From the NCBI GenBank assembly GCA_022646745.1, contig CP060262.1, forward strand, positions 540,001-572,000: a stretch of 32,000 bases of DNA. The letters are read 5' to 3'. Position 1 is the stretch's first letter; each line of letters starts with the position of its first letter. A model generated the notes under the pieces. That model did not search any database. It was not told the origin of the DNA and worked only from the letters and a program-made list of their open reading frames with translations. Positions 9,175 to 16,413 of this stretch are shown here, one piece after another. A program made the position numbers and the translations under genes. Origin of the DNA: Planctomycetales bacterium. Lineage in GTDB: Bacteria; 4484-113; JAFGCY01.

Positions 9175-10512
9175 ATGGGACTACTTGATAAATTCAGGCC
9201 GAAATGGCAGCACAGCGACTGGCAGGTCAGGCTTGAGTCACTGGAGGAATTGACGGACCAGCCCACGCTGGCGCGGCTTGCCGCGAAGGATCCGGAGCAG
9301 CGGGTCAGGCTGGCCTGCCTCGACCGGATCAGTGACGAATCCATGCTTGCCCAGGTCGCGGGTAGTGCGCAGGACCCGCTGGTACGCAGCCGGGCAGTGG
9401 TACGCCTGATGGACCAGGCTGCGATTGCCGGTTTCGTGAAGACCGACCCGGAACGGATGGTGCGCCAGGCGGCGCTGGATGTCTGTAATGACCAACCCCT
9501 GCTGTTCAGCATTGCGACCTCAGACCCTGACTTGCCGCTGCGCAAGGCGGCTGCCGGTCGCCTGGTGGAGCAGAAGCTGCTGGCGAAACTGTTCGAGCAA
9601 AGCAGCGACTGGGAGGTCCGCCAGGAGGCGGTTGGTAACCTGCAGGATGCGGAACTGCTGATAGACATCGCCAAGACCGAGAAGACCGCCACCACCCGCC
9701 AGCGTGCCACTGCGCGGCTTGATGACCAGTTCATCCTCGGAGATATCGCCCGCAACGACCGTGACATCTCCGTCCGGGTGACCGCGATCGGCCGGCTGCA
9801 GGACGAAGCGATCCTCGAGGAGCTGCTGCGCGATGACCCCAACCGTGACATCAGGCTGGCGGCCGTGCGCCGGGTCAGTTCGCTGGATGCGATCGGCAAT
9901 GCGGCCCGCGGTGACAAGAGTGACGAGGTGCGCATCGCCGCAGTGGAGCGCATCGAGGACCAGGCGGTGCTGGGCAGCATCGCGCGCACCGACCGGATCA
10001 GCGATGTACGCATGGCGGCCGTGATGAAGCTGCGTGACCAGGATGTGCTGGCGAAGGTGGCCGTGGAGGACAGCCGAGAAATTGTGCGTGAGGCGGCCGT
10101 CTGGCTGCTGGATGATGATGCGCTGCTGAAGCGGATCTGCATGACGGATGTGCACGCGGAGGTGCGGATGGCAGCCTGCGAATGCATCCGCGACCCGCAG
10201 CTGCTGGCGGAAATCGCTCGCGACTGCCTCGACCCGGCAGTCCAGCTGCAGGCCGTCAAGGAACTGGCGGACGGGCACCAGCTGCTGGCCGTGGCGCTGT
10301 CATCAACCGACAGCGACGTGCAGCGCGCAGCGGCAATGCGCATTACAGACGATGTACTGCTTGGTGAGCTGGCCTGCCAGAGCACCCAGGCTGAGCTGGG
10401 GAGCTATGCCACGCGTCGTATTTCAGACCGCACGGTGCTGGAGCATGTGAAGGGCAACGGTGGAACCTACGAGGCCCGCAAGGAAGCCGGCACGAAGCTG
10501 AAGGGCGAGTGA
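9175..10512 (+). CDS. Alpha-solenoid repeat protein (HEAT / PBS-lyase / LRV-like), about 16 tandem repeats of about 26 aa.
   Basis: The repeat unit D(P)..VR.AAv.rL.D...L..IA recurs through the whole ORF. The ATG at 9175 is preferred (AGAGGA a few nt upstream) over the ATG at 9127. The 430-aa antisense ORF is Ser/Ala/Arg-rich shadow. Confidence 0.85.
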   Translation: MGLLDKFRPKWQHSDWQVRLESLEELTDQPTLARLAAKDPEQRVRLACLDRISDESMLAQVAGSAQDPLVRSRAVVRLMDQAAIAGFVKTDPERMVRQAALDVCNDQPLLFSIATSDPDLPLRKAAAGRLVEQKLLAKLFEQSSDWEVRQEAVGNLQDAELLIDIAKTEKTATTRQRATARLDDQFILGDIARNDRDISVRVTAIGRLQDEAILEELLRDDPNRDIRLAAVRRVSSLDAIGNAARGDKSDEVRIAAVERIEDQAVLGSIARTDRISDVRMAAVMKLRDQDVLAKVAVEDSREIVREAAVWLLDDDALLKRICMTDVHAEVRMAACECIRDPQLLAEIARDCLDPAVQLQAVKELADGHQLLAVALSSTDSDVQRAAAMRITDDVLLGELACQSTQAELGSYATRRISDRTVLEHVKGNGGTYEARKEAGTKLKGE

Positions 10513-10527
10513 GAACAGTTCTCGATA

Positions 10528-10557
10528 TTGAACTATTAGCAGTTCCCGCAGGATAAT
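10528..10557 (+). promoter_or_regulatory. Sigma70-type promoter placing the transcription start at or within 1-2 nt of the ATG of the deacetylase gene (leaderless mRNA).
   Basis: TTGAAC (10528-10533), an 18-nt spacer, then GATAAT (10552-10557). The ATG at 10566 is 8 nt after the -10 element, and there is no Shine-Dalgarno sequence between them. Confidence 0.5.
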
Positions 10558-10565
10558 ACCGTTCC

Positions 10566-11315
10566 ATGTCTGACCTGATCTACGGAGACTCCTCCGCCCC
10601 GAAGCTTGATGTGCTGGTATTCGGCCCACATCCCGACGACGCGGAAATCGGTGCCGGCGGCCTGCTCCTGAAGCTGGCTGCCCAGGGCCGCAAGACCGGC
10701 ATCGTGGACCTGACCCGCGGTGAGATGGGCAGCGGCGGGAATGTGGCGATCCGTGAACAGGAGAGTATCGAGGCCGCGAAGATCCTCAAGGTCAGCATCC
10801 GCGAGAACATGAACCTGCCTGACTGCGGTGTGGAAGACACGATGGAAAACCGCCGCGCGGTGGCCCGGCTGATTGCCAAGTACCGCCCGGAGGTGGTGCT
10901 CGGCACTTACTACGAGCTGCCGCCGGGACGCGGGCTCGGGCACAATGACCACATCAAGGGCGGGCTGATAGTGGCGCATGGCGCGAACTATGCGCACCTG
11001 AAGAAGATGGACCTGGGCTATGACACCTGGCATGCCCGTGCCACATACTTCTACTTCCTGCCGCCGACGCTGATGCCGAGCTTCGTCGTCGACGTCACAC
11101 CCTGGCATGAGGAATGGCTGGCCAGCATCTACGCCCATGAAAGCCAGTTCGGCCGTGCGGACCAGAACCCGGGCATCCGTGACTTCTTCGGTGCCAACGC
11201 TATGCGCTGGGGCCGCCAGGCGCGCGGCAAGTACGCCCAGGCATTCTACTCACCCTGGCCAATCGCACTGGACTCGGTGATGACGGCCGCCGGGATGGAT
11301 GGCCTGCAGGCCTAG
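10566..11315 (+). CDS. PIG-L / LmbE family N-acetylglucosaminyl deacetylase (BshB1-like).
   Basis: N-terminal family signature VLVFGPHPDDAEIGAGG, then DLTRGE and HNDH motifs. The length (249 aa) is typical for the family. Confidence 0.85.
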   Translation: MSDLIYGDSSAPKLDVLVFGPHPDDAEIGAGGLLLKLAAQGRKTGIVDLTRGEMGSGGNVAIREQESIEAAKILKVSIRENMNLPDCGVEDTMENRRAVARLIAKYRPEVVLGTYYELPPGRGLGHNDHIKGGLIVAHGANYAHLKKMDLGYDTWHARATYFYFLPPTLMPSFVVDVTPWHEEWLASIYAHESQFGRADQNPGIRDFFGANAMRWGRQARGKYAQAFYSPWPIALDSVMTAAGMDGLQA

Positions 11316-11318
11316 GGA

Positions 11319-14300
11319 TCATTCGAGGGTGCCGATGGAAAACAATGTTCCGTTCGTACCGCTTGCATAAATCGAACCGTCAGCGCCAGTTGCCAACGTG
11401 GAGGGAATCTGGCCCAGGCTCTCCGGCAGTTCCGTCCTCCACAGCTCATTGCCAGCCATGTCCGCCTTGATAATTATCGGGACCTTGCCATACCTGCTGG
11501 CCAGGCACAAGGTACCCGCTGAATCAAGGGATACTCCTGAATACTGGGTGCCAACCAGGCTGTACAGCCGGATGCCTGCGGCATCACAGGCCCTGAATTC
11601 AGCTCCATTCAGGTAGCTTGTCTGGTCCACATCAAGGCCTGACACAAGCGACTCAATGCCGTTGATGTTAGCCAACCACTTCACGTTCCCTGAACTGTCC
11701 AGCGTGAACACCTTGCCATCGGAAGTCAGGTTCTTCAGCGTACAAAAGACCACCTCCCCGGAGTCTGCCACTGCAGGTGCCGACCTGATGGCTCCACCTG
11801 CGTAGTAACTCCAGCACTTGGTGCCGTTTTCATCAAGGGCATACATCGTGTAATCATCTGATCCAAAGTAGATCTTTCCATCACTTCCCATGCTGGCGGA
11901 GGAATGTATCTCCCCGAATGTCTGGAAAGTCCAGCTGAGCTCGCCTTCCGGGGAAAATGCATACATGTACCGGTCCAGGCTTCCGATGTACACCGTTCCA
12001 TCCTGGCTGACCAGCGGGGATGCCCGGACCGCGGCCCCTGTCTGGTAGTACCACTTTGTCCCGCCGTCAGGATTGATGGCGTATATCCTGCCGTCATCAC
12101 TACCCACGTATATAGTTCCATCAGGGCCGATTGCAGGCGAGGCAAGTATCCTGTCGTTGGTTGGATAAGTCCACCTGACTGTTCCATTTGAATTGACAGC
12201 GTACAACTTATGGTCCTGGCAACCCACGTAGATCGTCCCGTCAGCACCAATCACGGGTGAATCGAAAAAGCAGCTTCCACCGAGCTTGAGTGTCCAGCGC
12301 ACGACCGCGGATTGTGGGTGAGTGAATTCGCTGCGGCAGTTCCGCCTTGCATTTCCGCCAAGCATTGGCCATGGACTGGTTGTGGCCACTGAAACGCTGG
12401 CAGTATCAGTCCCGCCACTGTTGTCCGCTGCCCTGACCCGTACCAGGTAGCTGCCGGGTTCGTCGTAGTCACCGACGACCTGCGGCCCTGCTGCAAGCAA
12501 TTCAAAGTAACCGTCACCGTCCAGGTCCCAGTCATAGCCAACAATGAATCCATCCGGGTCAGAACTGCAAGAGGCATCAAACCTGATGGAAAGCGGATCC
12601 ATGCTGAGCAGTTCCTGGGAATATACGTCAGCCACAGGCTGCATGTTTCCGCTGAAGGTCCCAATGGCAACCAGGCGGCCATCATTGCAGCCAACATATA
12701 TGTTGCCATCATGTCCGATGGAAACCTCGCAGTCCAGCTCTCCGCCATACTCCTTTCCGATCCTGCGACTGGAGAGAGGGGATCCATCGGCAGCCCTGAC
12801 AATCAAGTCTCCTTTCCTGTTGCCAAGGTATATTCTGCCAGCACCATCAACGGTCAGCCCGCTATGAGTTGAGCTCCCCACACCGTCGCTTGACAACTGA
12901 AGTCCGCCGCCAGCATACTTCAGCAGAGTCCCGTTCGCCTGAAGCATACAGACATGGCCGTCGTCCAGAGGTACAGGCGATGCACGGAATCCATATTGCT
13001 GATCCGCCTCCCAGACCAATGTCCCGTCAGCCTCCAGGCAGCCATGCCTCCCCTTCAGCAAGGCCACATAGATCCGGCCATCAGTCCCAACAGCCGGGGC
13101 AGGCACCGGACCCTCAAAGACGGAAGGATCACCGTTGAATCCATGGGACCAGCGTGGTGAGCCATTTGCCGTCAGGGCATGAAGTTCATCCGTGCCGGCT
13201 ATGAAGTAAAGGTTGCCGATCTTGTCCTCGGCAACCGACGACTGGATCGGATACCCTGCGTTGAACTGCCATTGCAGCGTGCCGTTACCGTCCAGGCAGT
13301 ACAGGTTCCCATCCCGGCTGCCGATGACCACCCTGCCGTTGGCATCCACCAGCGGTGAACTGACGATCTCACCGCCTGTGCTGAACTGCCAGAGCAGGTT
13401 GCCCATGAAATCCAGTGCACTGACAACACCGTCCGTGCTGCCGACGAACACCTTTCCGTTTGGATCGACAGCGGCACTGGAGAGGATCTCGCCACCTGCC
13501 TGGTATGTCCAGCGCAGGGTACCTTCAGGGTTGATGCAATGGAAGCGCCCGCTCGCGCTGCCTGAATAAAGACGTCCTTGCGGATCCTCCACCGTGCCGG
13601 CTGTCACCTCGCTGCCCAGGTCAAGTTCCCATAGAATCGGCATGCCGTACCTTCCGAGGACTGGTGACATGCCACTACGGCGATTGTCATGCATGCCGGT
13701 GTACCAGTCACCGTCGGCTGGCAACTGTCGGGATGTGACACCGCCGAGCATCCAGGCCTTTTCACCTGTCAGTACGACGGCAATCAGCACATCCGTCTCC
13801 CCAAGCATGGAGGCTGGAATGTCAAACTGCTGGAAACCTGTTGGATCCCCATGCTGCCAGATCCAGCGCTTTCTGCCGGAATCGCCAAAGCCGATGGACA
13901 ACCTGTCGTAGTCCAGCACCGGCCCACTCCAGCTGAATTCCAGCAGCAGGCTTTCCTGTCCCGCCGGAATCCCCAGCCTGTAGATGCAATGGCTGGTTAC
14001 ATCAGATTCGTCTATCGGGCTTTCCCAGTGAGGGAAGAAGATCGCCGATCCATCCCCTGTCTTCGTCACCTTACTTGAGGGCAAGGTCGCCTCGAACTGG
14101 TCTGCCTTGAGGGAGAAGGGTGCCGCGCTTGCATTTCTTCCAGAGTCCTGCGGATAGGGTATCGACAGCCCTGACATCGGGACTTGCTGGTCATTCTGCA
14201 TCCCGGTGTCAGGCAAAGGCAATGCCGTACCGGCACTGTCACCGGACGCACAGGCAGTACACAACAGAAGCAAGCCCGTGAGAATTCCCACGCGGGCATG

Positions 14301-14330
14301 AAACGCAAAGCCACGCTTCGAAGCTGACAT
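11319..14330 (-). CDS. Lipoprotein with two PQQ-like (BamB-type) beta-propeller arrays separated by a PKD domain.
   Basis: Many repeats of the type G.l.W.y..gg.i.sSPav..dGtvyvGs.dg.lyAl. The PKD-like segment is IRFDASCSSDPDGFIVGYDWDLDGDG. Signal peptide: MSASKRGFAFHARVGILTGLLLLCTACASG. The start is uncertain: ATG at 14330 or 14342, while the ORF opens at a TTG at 14390. Confidence 0.88.
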   Translation of the reverse strand: MSASKRGFAFHARVGILTGLLLLCTACASGDSAGTALPLPDTGMQNDQQVPMSGLSIPYPQDSGRNASAAPFSLKADQFEATLPSSKVTKTGDGSAIFFPHWESPIDESDVTSHCIYRLGIPAGQESLLLEFSWSGPVLDYDRLSIGFGDSGRKRWIWQHGDPTGFQQFDIPASMLGETDVLIAVVLTGEKAWMLGGVTSRQLPADGDWYTGMHDNRRSGMSPVLGRYGMPILWELDLGSEVTAGTVEDPQGRLYSGSASGRFHCINPEGTLRWTYQAGGEILSSAAVDPNGKVFVGSTDGVVSALDFMGNLLWQFSTGGEIVSSPLVDANGRVVIGSRDGNLYCLDGNGTLQWQFNAGYPIQSSVAEDKIGNLYFIAGTDELHALTANGSPRWSHGFNGDPSVFEGPVPAPAVGTDGRIYVALLKGRHGCLEADGTLVWEADQQYGFRASPVPLDDGHVCMLQANGTLLKYAGGGLQLSSDGVGSSTHSGLTVDGAGRIYLGNRKGDLIVRAADGSPLSSRRIGKEYGGELDCEVSIGHDGNIYVGCNDGRLVAIGTFSGNMQPVADVYSQELLSMDPLSIRFDASCSSDPDGFIVGYDWDLDGDGYFELLAAGPQVVGDYDEPGSYLVRVRAADNSGGTDTASVSVATTSPWPMLGGNARRNCRSEFTHPQSAVVRWTLKLGGSCFFDSPVIGADGTIYVGCQDHKLYAVNSNGTVRWTYPTNDRILASPAIGPDGTIYVGSDDGRIYAINPDGGTKWYYQTGAAVRASPLVSQDGTVYIGSLDRYMYAFSPEGELSWTFQTFGEIHSSASMGSDGKIYFGSDDYTMYALDENGTKCWSYYAGGAIRSAPAVADSGEVVFCTLKNLTSDGKVFTLDSSGNVKWLANINGIESLVSGLDVDQTSYLNGAEFRACDAAGIRLYSLVGTQYSGVSLDSAGTLCLASRYGKVPIIIKADMAGNELWRTELPESLGQIPSTLATGADGSIYASGTNGTLFSIGTLE

Positions 14331-14497
14331 CTTGTCCACCATTTCCCAGTTTCCTACAGCGTTCTCCCGGTCCCACCGGAAGCTGATCAATCCTCTGCAC
14401 TGAAATCGACGAATCAGATGGACATGGGTTACATGTCTTTCCCGTCCGGCTCCGACATGGTTTCCTCAAGGGCCGGGCAATGTATCTCGTTCAAAGC

Positions 14498-14506
14498 TGT
14501 TAGAAT
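14498..14506 (+). promoter_or_regulatory. Possible extended -10 promoter (TGtTAGAAT) for the small gene at 14538.
   Basis: TG at 14498-14499 and TAGAAT at 14501-14506. No convincing -35 element. A GGAG Shine-Dalgarno sequence lies at 14527-14530. Confidence 0.3.
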
Positions 14507-14537
14507 CAGTCTCATTCGTATCCTGAGGAGACCGGGA

Positions 14538-14819
14538 ATGGCAACTGCAATCATCGAACACTGGCTTGAGGACTACGACCGCTGGCTGAAGGTCTACACT
14601 GAGCATGGCCCCGCCCGCGTGGCAGCCGGGATGGCCGGTGCCACTGTCAACCAGGATGTCAACGACCCCAACCATGCCTATGTAATCAAGAAGGACGCGG
14701 ACCTCGCGGCCTTCAAGGCCTTCATGGACAACCCGGAACTGAAGGAACTGATGCAGGCTGCCGGTGTGAAGGACATCCGCGTGCACATCATCGGGGAAGG
14801 CAGCGTCCACGACGGCTGA
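14538..14819 (+). CDS. Small (93 aa) cytoplasmic protein of unknown function.
   Basis: The ATG at 14538 is preceded by GAGGAG. The product is MATAIIEHWLEDYDRWLKVYTEHG...; codon usage is high GC3, like the neighbouring genes. The upstream part of the 133-aa ORF looks non-coding. Confidence 0.6.
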   Translation: MATAIIEHWLEDYDRWLKVYTEHGPARVAAGMAGATVNQDVNDPNHAYVIKKDADLAAFKAFMDNPELKELMQAAGVKDIRVHIIGEGSVHDG

Positions 14820-14865
14820 GCAGCCCGGTTCCCGGGTTCGCGGAAAACGGTGCTAAGCTGCTGCG

Positions 14866-16221
14866 ATGGGGAAGGACGGCAGCAGACATGGCAACCGTGC
14901 AAGGCGGATCCTGGCCTGGATCGGATTAAGCCTGCTTGGATTGCTGCTCGCAGCCATCACACTGGTCATTTACATCACGAAACCCGTCACCGGACACTAC
15001 CCGTTGCTGGTGCGCGACTGGGAAACTGAGTGGTTTGACGGCAATCTGCGCAACCGGATGTATGTCACTGATGGCGGTATGATCGTGATCCACAGTGGAA
15101 ATCGCTTCATCGCATTTGACTCAAGCGGCAGGCAAGTCTGGGAGCGGGAGCTGGACGACCTGCCGGAGCGTGCCAAGGTCTTCTACGGCAGGGTAATCGG
15201 TCTTGCCCTGTTTGACAATGGACACCAGCTCCAGGTGCTTGACATGCAGGACGGCAGCACACGCTGGAGCGTGGAGCTTTCCGGCGGGCAGCAGGCTTCC
15301 CATAAGGTCTCACGGGTATCCACCAGCCCGGACGGCAGTTTACTTGCGTTGAGCAATGCCGGTCACCTGTTCGTGCTCGATGCAGCTGGCAAGCTGCTGG
15401 CGGATGCCGACACTAGTGTGCTCAGTGGTGAGCCGCAGCGGATCAACCTGGAGGACAGCGGCCAGCTCACGCTGTGCCTGAAGGTCGGGCATGGCTTTGA
15501 CTACCAGCGACTGTCAGATGGCACATTCAGCCGCGTATTCCCGGGCATGACTGGCGGATTCAACTATGCCCAGCTCACTGAGAATGGCAACTTCATGTTC
15601 TCACGCACTGACTTCAACGCTGGGATCTGCACGATGGACCTGCTGGCACCGGACGGCACTCTCCTGCATTCGGAGCCGACACCGGAAGGCAGTATCAAGT
15701 CAGCCACTAATGCAGGCTACCTGACCTGGATCAATGGCGGACACGCCAGTGCCAACAGCAGCATCAGCCGGCTCAGGCTGTCTGACTATTCCTGCGAGCT
15801 CATCAATACCGGCAGCTTCTGCCCGGACATGCCGATCGCGATTGATGCTGCCGGCAACCTGCTTGTAAAGGGATCGCCGGGCAAGAACACGGTTGGATAC
15901 GAATACCTGCGCAACAAGCTGTCAGAGGCAAACTGGAAGGCCTATGAGCATGCTCCCTCTGTCGCCGGACTGATTCCGGACCTGCCCCTGGCTGATGGAA
16001 ACTTCGTGATGCTGGTTGACACCGAAGGCAACCAGACTGTCTTCCGTACAGATGACTCCCTGTACATCTTTGATTCCTTCCAGCACAGTGTCAGTGAATC
16101 GGAACTGTCAGTTGTGTATGCCACCGAGGAAGAGGAACTGTCTCCTGGCCAGCGGGACGAAGCTAACGGACGCGTGCGTTTTGTACAACTCAGCCTGCCT
16201 GTAACGGCTCCGGCTGAATGA
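14866..16221 (+). CDS. Membrane-anchored protein with a propeller-like (PQQ/WD-like) ectodomain.
   Basis: N-terminal anchor RRILAWIGLSLLGLLLAAITLVIYI. Repeats include IAFDSSGRQVWEREL, LQVLDMQDGSTRWSVEL and LFVLDAAGKLL. Confidence 0.72.
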   Translation: MGKDGSRHGNRARRILAWIGLSLLGLLLAAITLVIYITKPVTGHYPLLVRDWETEWFDGNLRNRMYVTDGGMIVIHSGNRFIAFDSSGRQVWERELDDLPERAKVFYGRVIGLALFDNGHQLQVLDMQDGSTRWSVELSGGQQASHKVSRVSTSPDGSLLALSNAGHLFVLDAAGKLLADADTSVLSGEPQRINLEDSGQLTLCLKVGHGFDYQRLSDGTFSRVFPGMTGGFNYAQLTENGNFMFSRTDFNAGICTMDLLAPDGTLLHSEPTPEGSIKSATNAGYLTWINGGHASANSSISRLRLSDYSCELINTGSFCPDMPIAIDAAGNLLVKGSPGKNTVGYEYLRNKLSEANWKAYEHAPSVAGLIPDLPLADGNFVMLVDTEGNQTVFRTDDSLYIFDSFQHSVSESELSVVYATEEEELSPGQRDEANGRVRFVQLSLPVTAPAE

Positions 16222-16413
16222 GATCTACCGGCTTCCCTGCAACGGCGTGACATATCCAGCCCTGCTCAGATGTTGAAACATGCCAAAGGGCTTAAGTTAA
16301 AATCCGGTTAAATACCTTCCTTGCCCTAGCTCGGTGGTCTATGTTTGGATTCCTGCGCACTGCGCGCATGCCCAGCCACAAGTGCGGGCAGCTTCTGTTT
16401 TTTGGAGTCGGAC

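Noticed and set aside
10511-10523. The palindrome GAGAACAGTTCTC overlapping the stop codon of the HEAT-repeat gene, considered as an SOS (GAAC-N4-GTTC) box or a terminator.
   Set aside because: The half-sites are separated by 1 nt, not 4, and a 1-nt loop cannot form a hairpin. A single occurrence has no supporting context.
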